DNA of 64,000 nt from Oscillospiraceae bacterium (GTDB taxonomy: Bacteria; Bacillota; Clostridia; Oscillospirales; Oscillospiraceae). The DNA is taken from NCBI GenBank assembly GCA_017439805.1, contig JAFSIK010000003.1, positions 8,258 through 72,257 on the forward strand, in the 5' to 3' direction. The notes beneath the pieces are model-generated. The model ran no database searches. It was not told the origin of the DNA and worked only from the letters and a program-made list of their open reading frames with translations. A program made the translations under genes and the position numbers. Positions 37,106 through 47,161 of the stretch are shown here, in pieces; positions within the stretch are counted from its first letter, which is position 1, and every line of letters begins with the position of its first letter.

Positions 37106-39499
37106 TTAAATAAACAGACTGCCGATCTGGAATACCAGCAGTGATATGACGTAGGCCACTGCCAGCTGCCAGCATACGCTGAAAAGAGTCCATTTTCCGC
37201 TGTTCATTTCCCGGCGCATGGTGGAAATCGACGCAACGCAGGGAACGTAAAGCAGAATAAAGATAAGGAAGGACAGTGCGTTAAGATTGCCGGGGAAGGA
37301 ACCGGAGAGGGAAGCCGCGATAACCGCTCCGCCGTCCAGTGTGGAAAAACCGTACAGTACCGCAAGGGAGGATACTACGGATTCCTTAGCGATTATGCCG
37401 CTGATAAGCGCAACCGCTGCCTGCCATGTGCCGAAGCCAAGGGGCTTGAAAATGGGAGCGATGAAGCTGGCCACAATACCGATTATGCTCTGAGCGCTGT
37501 CGGTGACCATTTCCAGCCGGAAATTGAAACTCTGTAAAAACCACAGTACAATGCTCATGAGCAATATGATGGTGCCGGCGCGGGACAGAAAATCCTTGAC
37601 CTTCAGCCACATATGCTTAAGTGTGTTTTTCAGCACCGGCATACGGTAGGGAGGCAACTCCATAATAAAGGGAGCGGCGACCTCTTTAAACAGGGTCTTT
37701 TTGAAAATAAATCCGGAAATTATGGCCATAACCATGCCCAGTATGTACAGCCCGAACACCAGCAGTCCCTTGTGTCCGGCGAAAAATGCTGCGGCAAAGA
37801 GGGCGTAAACGGGCATTCTTGCCGAGCAGCTCATAAAAGGCACCAGAAGCATGGTCATTTTGCGGTCTTTTTCGTTTTCCATGGTGCGCGCTCCCATAAT
37901 TGCGGGAACGGTGCAACCAAATCCCATTATCATGGGGATGAACGCTTTTCCGCTCAGACCGAAGCGCTGAAGCAGTCTGTCCATAATAAAGGCGGCTCTT
38001 GCCATATAACCGCTGTCCTCCAGAAGACCGAGGAAGAAAAACAGCAGCGCGATCTGAGGCAGAAAGACAAGAACACCACCCACGCCGGCGATAATGCCGT
38101 CGGTGATAAGGCTGATCAGCCATTCCGGAAGCACCAGCGAAGCCAGAAGACGGGATATCCAGTCGAGGAAAATGCCGTTAATAAGCGTATCCACCAGACC
38201 GGTCAGATAATTTCCCGGCGGCCCGAAGGTTAAAAGGAAAATTATCAGCATTATGATTATAAAAAGGGGCACTGCGATTATCCGGTGGGTGGCGATGCGG
38301 TCGATTTTGTCGGAAACGGTTTCTTTGGGTTTTGCCTTTTTTACCGACTCACCGATGACCTTTTCAATAAAAGCATAGCGACTGTCGGCAATAAGAGTTT
38401 CGCGGTCACCCAAAGAGGTGCTGCTTTCATACTGTGTGATTATATCTTCCACATGGGTCTTTGTGCTTTCGCTCAGTTCAAGTGCTTTAAGCACCAGAGC
38501 ATCACCTTCGACCAGCTTGATGCTGGCCCAGTGCGCGGGGATACCGGCGGCGTAGGCGCTGTCGTGAATGATCTCGCCAACCATGTGGTGAATCTCGTGA
38601 GTAAGGTCATCGTAAAGATCATCCGGCTCAAGAGTAAAGCCGATATGCATCTGTCTGTGAGCGGCGTGGAGCAGATCGCCGATGTTCTTTCCCTCTCTGG
38701 CAGAAATGGGTATAACAGGCACGCCCAGATCCTTGCTCAGATGCTCCGCATCTATTACATCACCGCGCTTTTCAACCTCGTCCATGAAGTTCAGCGCCAG
38801 TACCATGGGGCGCTCCAGCTCCAGCAGCTGGGTGGTCAGGTACAGATTGCGCTCAATATTGCTGGCGTCGATGATATTTATAATTGCATCGGGTTTTTCC
38901 TTTAAAATAAAATCACGGGAAACGATTTCCTCGATGGAATAGGGAGAAAGGGAATATATTCCCGGAAGATCCACGATGGTGATCTTGCTGTTGCCGAGCT
39001 GTGCGACGCCTTCCTTTTTCTCAACAGTAACGCCGGGCCAGTTGCCCACGTACTGATTTGCGCCGGTAAGGGCGTTGAAAAGGGTGGTTTTGCCGCTGTT
39101 GGGATTGCCTACAAGTGCGATTTTCATGGCCTGACCGTGGCCTTCCGCGGCAATAAAATGCTCGTCCAGTTCATGCAGGTGGTTTGCCTGCATACGCTTC
39201 AGGGTTTCCTCATCAAGACGGTGAGTGTGGCCGTGAGTGGGAGCGGATTTTGCGGCTTTTTTATACTGTGAAGGGGGGATGATGGTTATTTTCGCAGCAT
39301 CGTCCTTTCGCAGCGACAGTTCGTATCCTCGCAGGTTGACCTCTATAGGGTCGCCAAAGGGAGCGACTTTTCTTATTTTGATTTCGGTGCCCGGAGTAAG
39401 ACCCATGTCGATGAGCCTGCGCTTGACCGCGCCGGGAATATTTTTGCCAACTGTTTCAATAACGCCGGACTGTCCGGGGCGCAGGGAATCAAGTGTCAT
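37106..39499 (-). CDS. feoB: FeoA-FeoB fusion, ferrous iron transporter
   Basis: Start at M16 of the track ORF (RBS AAGGAGGTG). FeoA/SH3-like N-terminus (LRPGQSGVIETV...IRKVAPFGDPIEV), a His-rich linker (PTHGHTHR), G-domain GNPNSGKTTLFNALTG, and a polytopic C-terminus. Confidence 0.9.
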   Translation of the reverse strand: MTLDSLRPGQSGVIETVGKNIPGAVKRRLIDMGLTPGTEIKIRKVAPFGDPIEVNLRGYELSLRKDDAAKITIIPPSQYKKAAKSAPTHGHTHRLDEETLKRMQANHLHELDEHFIAAEGHGQAMKIALVGNPNSGKTTLFNALTGANQYVGNWPGVTVEKKEGVAQLGNSKITIVDLPGIYSLSPYSIEEIVSRDFILKEKPDAIINIIDASNIERNLYLTTQLLELERPMVLALNFMDEVEKRGDVIDAEHLSKDLGVPVIPISAREGKNIGDLLHAAHRQMHIGFTLEPDDLYDDLTHEIHHMVGEIIHDSAYAAGIPAHWASIKLVEGDALVLKALELSESTKTHVEDIITQYESSTSLGDRETLIADSRYAFIEKVIGESVKKAKPKETVSDKIDRIATHRIIAVPLFIIIMLIIFLLTFGPPGNYLTGLVDTLINGIFLDWISRLLASLVLPEWLISLITDGIIAGVGGVLVFLPQIALLFFFLGLLEDSGYMARAAFIMDRLLQRFGLSGKAFIPMIMGFGCTVPAIMGARTMENEKDRKMTMLLVPFMSCSARMPVYALFAAAFFAGHKGLLVFGLYILGMVMAIISGFIFKKTLFKEVAAPFIMELPPYRMPVLKNTLKHMWLKVKDFLSRAGTIILLMSIVLWFLQSFNFRLEMVTDSAQSIIGIVASFIAPIFKPLGFGTWQAAVALISGIIAKESVVSSLAVLYGFSTLDGGAVIAASLSGSFPGNLNALSFLIFILLYVPCVASISTMRREMNSGKWTLFSVCWQLAVAYVISLLVFQIGSLFI

Positions 39500-39534
39500 T
39501 TCGGCACCTCCTTTTTTACTGCATCTAAACCCAT

Positions 39535-39563
39535 ATATTAACACATAATACTCGACGTTTCAA
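39535..39563 (-). promoter_or_regulatory. putative sigma-A promoter of feoAB
   Basis: On the minus strand: TTGAAA (39558..39563), 17-nt spacer, TAATAT (39535..39540). Confidence 0.5.
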
Positions 39564-39565
39564 CA

Positions 39566-39597
39566 TAAAAAGACCGCGCCCGAATAAGCGCGGTCTT
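39566..39597 (-). terminator. intrinsic terminator after ackA
   Basis: AGACCGCGC-loop-GCGCGGTCT hairpin with a T-run on the minus strand. Confidence 0.7.
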
Positions 39598-39614
39598 TTA
39601 ATATGTTTAAAATC

Positions 39615-40817
39615 TTATTTGCTGATGATTTCCAGAGTGTCGCGGGCAATAACCAGCTCTTCGTTGGTGGGGATAACGAGCATCTTTACCTTGCTGTCGG
39701 CGGTGGAGATGACGTTGTCGCTGCCGCGCTTCTTGTTGGCCTCGGCGTCCAGCTCAGTGCCCAGGTAGGTGAAGTAAGCGGCGATGTCAGCGCGGGTGGA
39801 AGCGGAGTTCTCACCGATGCCGGCGGTGAAGATGATGGCGTCGACGCCGTTCATGGCAGCAGCATAGCCGCCTACGGTCTTGGCAACCCAGTAGTTGAAG
39901 ATGTCCAGAGCCAGACCGGCACGCTCGTTGCCGTCTTCGGAAGCGTTGTCCAGATCACGGAAGTCGGAGGAAACGCCGGAAACGCCCAGAACGCCGGACT
40001 TCTTGTTGAGGATGTTGAGCATCTCGTCGATGGAGAGGTTGTACTTGTTCATGATGAACTGTACAGCACCCATGTCCATCTGGCCGCAGCGGGTGCCCAT
40101 AGGCAGACCTACCAGGGGAGTGAAGCCCATGGAGGTGTCAACGCTCTTGCCGCCGTCGATGGCGCAGATGGAGGAACCGTTGCCCATGTGGCAGGAGATC
40201 ATCTTCAGCTCTTCGATGGGCTTGCCCAGCATCTCGGCAGCTCTGGTGGAAACATAGCGGTGAGAGGTGCCGTGGAAGCCGTAGCGGCGGATCTTGTCGG
40301 TTTCGTAGTACTCATAGGGGATAGCATAGGTGAAAGCCTTGGCGGGCATGGTCTGATGGAAAGCGGTGTCGAATACGGCAACCTGAGGAACATCCTTGCC
40401 CATGACCTCGATGCAGGCGTTGATACCGGTGATGTTGGCGGGGTTATGCAGAGGAGCGAAGGGTACGCAGTCCTCGATAGCGGCCATAACCTCGGTGTTG
40501 ATGAGAACGGAGGAGGCAAAGCTCTCGCCGCCGTGAACAACACGGTGACCGACAGCGTTGATCTCGCTCATGCTGGCGACAACGCCGTACTCGGCGCTGG
40601 TCAGCTTGTCGATAACTGCGGCAATAGCCTCAGCATGGGTAGGCAGGTTGATGTCTTCGTCGAATACGGGTTTGCCGCCGACGACGGGGGTGTGCTTAAG
40701 ATGACCGTCGATGCCGATGCGCTCGCACAGGCCCTTAGCCATTACGGATTCGTTGGTCATGTCGATGAGCTGATACTTCAGAGAAGAGCTGCCCGCGTTG
40801 ATTACCAGGATTTTCAT
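39615..40817 (-). CDS. ackA: acetate kinase
   Basis: MKILVINAGSSSLKYQL, HRVVHGG, GFHGTSH, FTAGIGENS. Confidence 0.95.
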   Translation of the reverse strand: MKILVINAGSSSLKYQLIDMTNESVMAKGLCERIGIDGHLKHTPVVGGKPVFDEDINLPTHAEAIAAVIDKLTSAEYGVVASMSEINAVGHRVVHGGESFASSVLINTEVMAAIEDCVPFAPLHNPANITGINACIEVMGKDVPQVAVFDTAFHQTMPAKAFTYAIPYEYYETDKIRRYGFHGTSHRYVSTRAAEMLGKPIEELKMISCHMGNGSSICAIDGGKSVDTSMGFTPLVGLPMGTRCGQMDMGAVQFIMNKYNLSIDEMLNILNKKSGVLGVSGVSSDFRDLDNASEDGNERAGLALDIFNYWVAKTVGGYAAAMNGVDAIIFTAGIGENSASTRADIAAYFTYLGTELDAEANKKRGSDNVISTADSKVKMLVIPTNEELVIARDTLEIISK

Positions 40818-40913
40818 TTTGTTGTTTCATCTCCCAAATAAATATGATACAATATCCGCGGCAATATCAGCGCGGACGCCCGGCTTGCCCCCCGGGCATG
40901 GAAATACCTTTTA

Positions 40914-40941
40914 ATTATATAGCAAAATACGAAAAAATCAA
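40914..40941 (-). promoter_or_regulatory. putative sigma-A promoter of ackA
   Basis: On the minus strand: TTGATT (40936..40941), 16-nt spacer, TATAAT (40914..40919). This leaves a leader of about 90 nt. Confidence 0.4.
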
Positions 40942-40959
40942 CATTTGGAGCCGAAAAAT

Positions 40960-42132
40960 ATGAAATTGGCGGGAATAATTTGTGAATATAATCCTTTCCA
41001 TTTTGGTCATATTCACCAGATTGAGGCAACAAAAGCCATTCTTGGTGAAGATACGGCTATAGTGGCGGTTATGTCCGGCGACTTTACCCAGCGTGGGGAG
41101 CCGGCGATTTTTCCTGCCCGAGTGCGCGCCGCAGCCGCACTTGAAAAGGCTGACCTTGTGCTTGAACTGCCTCTTTCCGCGTCCCTTTCCTCCGCCGAGG
41201 GCTTTGCCCGGGGCGGGGTGGAGGTGCTGAAAAATATCGGCGCGGAATTCATTTCCTTCGGCAGTGAGAGCGGCTCGGTTGAAGCTGTGGAAAAAGTGTC
41301 CCGCTGCCTTTTGAGCGATGAATTCACCACCGTGCTGAAACCTGAACTTGAAAAGGGCCTGCCCTTTGCCGCCGCAAGACAAAAGGCGGCCGAGAGGATC
41401 ATCGGCGACGCCGCAAAGATACTTTCTGACCCCAATGACATTCTTGCTGTTGAATATGTAAAGGCCGTTATCTCTTCCGGTGCGGCCATAACCCCTGTGG
41501 CCGTTAAACGTGTCGGCGCGGGACACGACAGCCCGGAAGAGCAAGACGAAATTCTTTCCGCTTCGGCTATTCGTGATAAAATTCTCCGCGGCGAAGAATA
41601 TTCGCCCTGCATTACTGCCAAAGCATACGAAATTTATGCCCGCGCAATATCCGAGGGTTACGGCCCCGTTGCCTTTGAAAAGGCATCTCAAAGCCTTCTT
41701 TACCGCCTGCGTACCATGTCCGATGAAGAATATGCCTGCCTGCCCTACGCCGCGGAGGGACTGCATCTGAAGCTGAAAAAGGCGGCCTTTGAGTGCGGCA
41801 GTATATCCGAACTGATTTCCGCCGTGAAATCCAAACGCTACCCGGAAAGCGGCATCCGGCGCATGCTTCTGCGCGCATGGCTGGGCGCTGCGCCGGAAGG
41901 GGAGTGCGGCTATATCCGTGTGCTGGGATTTAACGAAAGGGGGCAGGCCGCCTTGCGGCAAATTGCAAAAACCTGTCCCGTTCCCGTCATAACAAAGCCT
42001 GCCGCCGCCAGAGGGCTTGACGGAAACGCTTTTGAGCAGTTCCAATACCGGGCCCGTGCCGCGTCCCTCTATGCACTATTGACGGACAGACCCGAATATA
42101 CAATCTGGCGCGAAACGCCCATACACCCGTAA
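40960..42132 (+). CDS. tmcAL: tRNA(Met) cytidine acetate ligase (TmcAL/YlbM, UPF0348 nucleotidyltransferase)
   Basis: MKLAGIICEYNPFHFGHIHQI ... VMSGDFTQRGEPA is the hallmark N-terminus of the YlbM/TmcAL family. Confidence 0.85.
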   Translation: MKLAGIICEYNPFHFGHIHQIEATKAILGEDTAIVAVMSGDFTQRGEPAIFPARVRAAAALEKADLVLELPLSASLSSAEGFARGGVEVLKNIGAEFISFGSESGSVEAVEKVSRCLLSDEFTTVLKPELEKGLPFAAARQKAAERIIGDAAKILSDPNDILAVEYVKAVISSGAAITPVAVKRVGAGHDSPEEQDEILSASAIRDKILRGEEYSPCITAKAYEIYARAISEGYGPVAFEKASQSLLYRLRTMSDEEYACLPYAAEGLHLKLKKAAFECGSISELISAVKSKRYPESGIRRMLLRAWLGAAPEGECGYIRVLGFNERGQAALRQIAKTCPVPVITKPAAARGLDGNAFEQFQYRARAASLYALLTDRPEYTIWRETPIHP

Positions 42133-42190
42133 ATTATTGCGTAATTTCCCCCAAACGGACGGAATACCCTGTCTGTGAGGGGGGATTTTT

Positions 42191-43717
42191 TTGCGTATCG
42201 ACCGGGGAAGCCTGCTTTACGGCGCGTCAATACTTACTGTTTCAAATATAATATCCCAGCTTCTGGGATTCATTTACCGGGTGGCTCTCAGCCGTCTTAT
42301 TACCACCGAAGAACTGGGACTGTATCAGATGATAATGCCGGTTTACTCCGTGGTCACCGCCTTTTGCGTATCAGGTTTTACCGTGGCGGTGTCCAGACTT
42401 TCATCGGAGTATCTGGCTCTGGGAAAAACCGATGCCGTGCGTGCTCTTGTGCGGCGCTGCGTGCGGTTTTTCCTTGTTATAACCATAGTTTTTGCCATGG
42501 CGGTGGTGCTGTTTTCCCACGGAATATCCACCTCCATACTCGGTGACAGCCGCACACGAACTGCTCTTGTATGCCTTATGCCGGTACTGCTTCTGACGGG
42601 CATCGAAAATATTTATAAAAACCACTTTTACGGCGTGGGGCGCATTATCCCTCCCGCCATAACCGAAATTATCGAAATGCTGGCCAGAATGAGCGCGGTC
42701 ATCGGCATGCTTCTGGTGTTTCGTGACCGTGACGCGGGGCATACGGTGGCGCTTATCGTCATCGGTATGATTTTCTGCGAAATTTTCAGTTCGGTTACTC
42801 TGTTTGTTATCTACCGCCGCAGCCGCGGCAGACTGACCGGGCATTTCCCCGAGGGGCTGAGCAGAAAAATATTTTCCGTGGCTGTGCCCATCGCCCTTAC
42901 AAACGTGCTTGGCAATCTTCTTTCCAGCGCAAATTCAATACTTATCCCTGCACGGCTGGTTGCGGCGGGCTGGGAAAGAGCCGACGCCCTGTCTGCCCTT
43001 GGAGTGCTTTTCGGAATGACAATGCCCATGCTGACTCTGCCAATGGTGCTTATAGTTGGTCTTGGTCTTGTGATGGTGCCGAAGCTGTCGGAGAGTATGG
43101 CACGGGGTGATATGAGGGCGGTACGCCGTAAGATTGCGAAGGCCATGCTGGTGGTTTGCACGTTAAGTATGCCGATAGCCGCTGTTTTTGTACCTCTGGG
43201 AGAGGAACTTGGCAGACTGATTTTCGGCAGGAGCGCCGCCGGACAGTATATCGCCCCTTTGAGCATTTGCGTAACACTTTCGGCAATACAGGGAATTTCC
43301 GGTACGGCTCTCAACGGCATAGACAAACAACGGTTTTCTGCGGTGAATTTCATTCTGGGGGATGCGGTGCAGCTTTTCTGCACATACTTTTTTACCGCCA
43401 TTCCCGGCGTGGGCCTGCGGGGATTTATTGCCGGACAGCTGTTTGGAACAGCCCTTACGATGACGCTTAATCTGATATGCGTCCGCCGCCAGACCGGCCT
43501 TGAAATCCGATGGCGCAGCTGGCTTATAACGCCCCTTGTGTCCTCCGCTGCGGCGTATTTTGCGGTGAAATACCTGTTTGCTTTCTTTTCCGCCCGGGGA
43601 CCGGCCTTACCGGCGGTGCTTTTTTCGATGATATTCGGCGTATTGATATACAGCGGCCTTTTGTATCTTCAGGGCATCAGAATAAGCGCCCTTATCCGCT
43701 TGAGGGCGAAAGATTGA
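42191..43717 (+). CDS. MOP-superfamily polysaccharide/lipid II flippase (SpoVB/MurJ-like)
   Basis: 508 aa, about 14 TM helices, TTG start. It has the N-terminal pattern typical of SpoVB-type proteins (GASILTVSNIISQLLGFIYRVALSRLI) and lies immediately upstream of murD. Confidence 0.75.
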   Translation: MRIDRGSLLYGASILTVSNIISQLLGFIYRVALSRLITTEELGLYQMIMPVYSVVTAFCVSGFTVAVSRLSSEYLALGKTDAVRALVRRCVRFFLVITIVFAMAVVLFSHGISTSILGDSRTRTALVCLMPVLLLTGIENIYKNHFYGVGRIIPPAITEIIEMLARMSAVIGMLLVFRDRDAGHTVALIVIGMIFCEIFSSVTLFVIYRRSRGRLTGHFPEGLSRKIFSVAVPIALTNVLGNLLSSANSILIPARLVAAGWERADALSALGVLFGMTMPMLTLPMVLIVGLGLVMVPKLSESMARGDMRAVRRKIAKAMLVVCTLSMPIAAVFVPLGEELGRLIFGRSAAGQYIAPLSICVTLSAIQGISGTALNGIDKQRFSAVNFILGDAVQLFCTYFFTAIPGVGLRGFIAGQLFGTALTMTLNLICVRRQTGLEIRWRSWLITPLVSSAAAYFAVKYLFAFFSARGPALPAVLFSMIFGVLIYSGLLYLQGIRISALIRLRAKD

Positions 43718-43775
43718 TATTGTACTTGGGCAAAAATGGTTATATAATAATTAAGATATTCAAAGGAGGCAAACT

Positions 43776-45122
43776 ATGGATATTAACAGCTATTTTTCCT
43801 CTCTTGCCGGAAAGAGCGTGGCGGTGCTGGGACTGGGCGTCAGCAACCTGCCCCTTGCCCGCAGACTCATTGAGTGCGGCGCGAGAGTTACAATCAGAGA
43901 TAAAAACGAAAACCCTGTCGGAGCTGAAGAATTCAGAGCCGCGGGAGCAAAGCTTGTGCTGGGAGAAAATTACCTTGAAAATATCGACGAGGAAGTAATT
44001 TTCCGCAGCCCAGGTATCCGCCCCGACGTCCCCGGAATCGCGGCGGCGGTGCAGCGCGGCGCCGAGCTTACCAGCGAGATGGAGGCCTTTTTCGTCGTCT
44101 GTCCATGTCCTGTAATTGCCGTTACCGGCTCTGACGGAAAGACCACCACCTCCACTCTTATAAGCGAGTTTTTGAAGGCCGCCGGCCGCACCGTACATCT
44201 TGGCGGAAATATCGGTACGCCGCTGCTTTGCAAGGCGGGGGATATGAGAGAAGATGACTTCGCCGTTGTGGAGCTAAGCTCCTTCCAGCTTATGACCATG
44301 AAGCAGAGTCCTCACATCGCCGTCATAACCAATATTACTCCCAATCATCTGGACTGGCACACCGGTATGGAGGAATACACCGCCGCGAAAATCAATGTTT
44401 TTGCCCACCAGCGTGCAGGGGATATCCTTGTGCTCAATGCCGACGACAGCGCAAGCTGCAACCTTGGCAAAAAGGCCGCGGGAGAGCTTCGCTTTTTCAG
44501 CGCGAAAGAGCGTCCCGAAAAAGGTGTGTGGTATAAAGACGGGGTGATTTACCGCGGCGATGAAAAAGTGGTGGAGACGCTGAAAATCAAAATCCCGGGT
44601 TTCCACAACGTGTATAACTTTATGACCGCCTACTGCGCGGTTTGCGACTACGTTACCGCCGAACAGGCGGCTGAGGTTGCCGAAAGCTTCGGAGGGGTGG
44701 AGCACCGGCTTGAATTTGTCCGGGAAAAGGACGGTGTGCGCTTTGTAAACGACTCCATCGCCTCCAGCCCCACCCGTACCGCCGCGGCGCTGAGCTGTTA
44801 CGGCAAGGAACTTGTTCTGATTGCCGGCGGCAAGGATAAGGGTGTGCCCTTTGACTCCCTTGCGCCCATTATTGCCGAGAAAGTCAATCTGCTTGTGCTT
44901 ACCGGCTTTGCCGCTGAAAATATTAAAAATGCCGTTAAAGATTGGCCCGGATGTCCGGAGATAATAATGGAGCCGGACTTCAAAACCGCCGTTATCGCCG
45001 CCGCAAAGGGAGCCAAAAGCGGTGAAACCGTGCTTTTGTCCCCGGCATGCACCTCCTTTGACCATTTTAAAAATTTCGACCAGCGGGGAAAATATTTCAA
45101 GGAGATAGTAAATGAACTATAA
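43776..45122 (+). CDS. murD: UDP-N-acetylmuramoyl-L-alanine--D-glutamate ligase
   Basis: VLGLGVSNLPLARRL Rossmann start, ATP site VTGSDGKTTT, and NDSIASSP. Confidence 0.92.
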   Translation: MDINSYFSSLAGKSVAVLGLGVSNLPLARRLIECGARVTIRDKNENPVGAEEFRAAGAKLVLGENYLENIDEEVIFRSPGIRPDVPGIAAAVQRGAELTSEMEAFFVVCPCPVIAVTGSDGKTTTSTLISEFLKAAGRTVHLGGNIGTPLLCKAGDMREDDFAVVELSSFQLMTMKQSPHIAVITNITPNHLDWHTGMEEYTAAKINVFAHQRAGDILVLNADDSASCNLGKKAAGELRFFSAKERPEKGVWYKDGVIYRGDEKVVETLKIKIPGFHNVYNFMTAYCAVCDYVTAEQAAEVAESFGGVEHRLEFVREKDGVRFVNDSIASSPTRTAAALSCYGKELVLIAGGKDKGVPFDSLAPIIAEKVNLLVLTGFAAENIKNAVKDWPGCPEIIMEPDFKTAVIAAAKGAKSGETVLLSPACTSFDHFKNFDQRGKYFKEIVNEL

Positions 45123-46143
45123 GGAACTTGTGATAGAGCTTTGCTCCATGAAAGCGCCCTCGGGATTTGAGGCCGCCGCCGGCGAGCGGGTAAAAGAGAT
45201 TTTTAAAACTGTTCTGGGCGAGGCCTGGATTGACGCCATGGGCAATGTTATCGGTGTGCGCCGCTGCGGAAAGGAAAACGCCAAAAAACTGCTCCTTGAC
45301 GCCCATCTGGACGAGATTGGCCTGCTTGTCACCGCGATTGAGGACGGATTTGTGAAAGTTTCGCCTATTGGCGGAGTGGACTCCCGTATCCTGCCCGGTT
45401 CTGAGGTCACTTTTCTTACCCAGCCCGAAATACACGGTATAGTGTGCACTATGCCTCCTCATGTTCTTTCCGAAGAGGACCAGAAAAACACTGTAAAAAT
45501 TCAGGATACCTATATCGATACCGGCCTTTCTCAGGAGCAGGCGGAAAAGCTTATTCCCCTTGGCACCGCTGCCATTCTTGAGGGGGGAGGACAGACCGTG
45601 CTCGGCGAGGACAGAATTTGTTCCAAGGCTCTTGATGACCGCGCCTGCCTTGCGGCCATTATTTGTGCCGCCGACGCGCTGAAGGACGAAAAACTTGACT
45701 TTGACCTTTATCTTATGGCCTCCACTCAGGAGGAACTTGGTATGCGCGGAGCCAAAACAGGCGTGTTTTCCGTTGACCCCGACTGGTGCCTCGCGGTGGA
45801 TGTGACCCATGCCCACACCCCCGATTCAAAGCCCGGGAAAACCATGAAGGGCGGCGAAGGTCCTGCCATCGGTGTGGGTCCCAATATGACCAAAAAGTTC
45901 TCCGACCTTATGATAAAGCTGGCAAAGGAAGCCGAAATGCCCCACCAGATAGAGGTCATGGGCGGCAATACCGGTACCAATGCATGGGTAATGCAGGTAA
46001 GCCGGGGCGGTGTGGCAACGGCACTTGTGTCCATTCCCATAAAGTACATGCACACCCCCTTTGAAACCATGCAGCTTTCCGACGGCGAAAAGACCGTGGA
46101 GCTTATCGTAAAATTCGTAAAGGCGCTGAAAGGAGAGCAGTGA
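45112..46143 (+). CDS. M42 family metallopeptidase (glutamyl aminopeptidase/FrvX-like)
   Basis: LDAHLDEIGLLV, ALDDRAC, QEELGMRGA, and a metal-ligand pattern typical of M42. Confidence 0.85.
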   Translation: MNYKELVIELCSMKAPSGFEAAAGERVKEIFKTVLGEAWIDAMGNVIGVRRCGKENAKKLLLDAHLDEIGLLVTAIEDGFVKVSPIGGVDSRILPGSEVTFLTQPEIHGIVCTMPPHVLSEEDQKNTVKIQDTYIDTGLSQEQAEKLIPLGTAAILEGGGQTVLGEDRICSKALDDRACLAAIICAADALKDEKLDFDLYLMASTQEELGMRGAKTGVFSVDPDWCLAVDVTHAHTPDSKPGKTMKGGEGPAIGVGPNMTKKFSDLMIKLAKEAEMPHQIEVMGGNTGTNAWVMQVSRGGVATALVSIPIKYMHTPFETMQLSDGEKTVELIVKFVKALKGEQ

Positions 46144-46144
46144 T

Positions 46145-47161
46145 ATGATTGAAACCGTAAAAACTCTCTGTGCCTTAAACGGAGTGTCCGGCAGCGAGGA
46201 TGCAGTCCGTGACTATATCCTTACCCGCGTGATGCCCTATGCTGACAAAATCGACACCGATGCCATGGGCAATGTTCTGGTTTTCAAAAAGGGCGCAAAA
46301 GATGCAGGCAAAATCATGCTTGCCGCCCATATGGACGAAGTGGGTCTTATCATCACCCATATCACCGATGAAGGTTACCTGAAATTCTCCGCCGTGGGTG
46401 GCATTGACAGGCGAGTGCTTCTGGGCAAAAAGGTGTTTATCGGTGAAAAAGCCCTGCCCGGAATTATCGGCGTGCGCGCAATACACCTTGTATCCGCCGA
46501 GGAGGAAAAGAAATCCCCCGCAATAGATGAAATGTATATCGACATCGGCGCCCCGGACAGGGACGCCGCGCTGAAGCTGGTTTCACCCGGAGATGTTGCC
46601 GCCTTTGAAGGCAGCGTTTACGAGTACGGCGACGGCTGGATAAAGGCCAAGGCACTTGACGACAGAATGGGCTGCGCCATAATGATAAAGCTCATCGAAA
46701 GCAACCTTCCCTGCGACACCTGGTTTGCCTTCACTGTGCAGGAGGAGGTAGGTGTCCGCGGAGCCGCTACCGCAGCCTATGCATTGGCTCCCGATACCGC
46801 TATCGTTATAGAGGGCACTACTGCCGCCGACTTCCCCTCCGTTTCCGGGGAAAAGCGCATTACAATATGCGGCGACGGCGCTGTTATAAGCCTTATGGAC
46901 GGCGGAGCAATCTACGACAGAAAGCTTTTTGCCGCAATCCGTGACACAGCCGACAAAAACGGCATAAAGTGGCAGATAAAGAGCCGGGTGGCCGGAGGCA
47001 CCGACGCCGCTGCAATACAGCGCGCCGGCGCGGGAGTAACCGTGGGCGGCCTGTCCCTGCCCGTGCGAAATATACACAGCCCCACTTCCCACGCCAAAAT
47101 TTCCGACATTGAGGCAATTTATGCCCTCATCACTAAATATCTGGAGGAGTATTCCGCTTGA
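46145..47161 (+). CDS. M42 family metallopeptidase (paralog)
   Basis: AAHMDEVGLII, ALDDRMGC, QEEVGVRGA. Confidence 0.85.
   Translation: MIETVKTLCALNGVSGSEDAVRDYILTRVMPYADKIDTDAMGNVLVFKKGAKDAGKIMLAAHMDEVGLIITHITDEGYLKFSAVGGIDRRVLLGKKVFIGEKALPGIIGVRAIHLVSAEEEKKSPAIDEMYIDIGAPDRDAALKLVSPGDVAAFEGSVYEYGDGWIKAKALDDRMGCAIMIKLIESNLPCDTWFAFTVQEEVGVRGAATAAYALAPDTAIVIEGTTAADFPSVSGEKRITICGDGAVISLMDGGAIYDRKLFAAIRDTADKNGIKWQIKSRVAGGTDAAAIQRAGAGVTVGGLSLPVRNIHSPTSHAKISDIEAIYALITKYLEEYSA

Noticed and set aside
39500-39566. A Fur box in the feoAB promoter.
   Set aside because: GAGTATTATGTGTTAATAT only loosely resembles the 7-1-7 TGATAATnATTATCA consensus. The match is not good enough to call by eye.
40818-40913. 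A catabolite-responsive element (cre) in the ackA leader.
   Set aside because: TGATACAATATCCGCGGCAATATCA contains direct CAATATC repeats, but it does not fit the WTGNAANCGNWWNCAW cre consensus.
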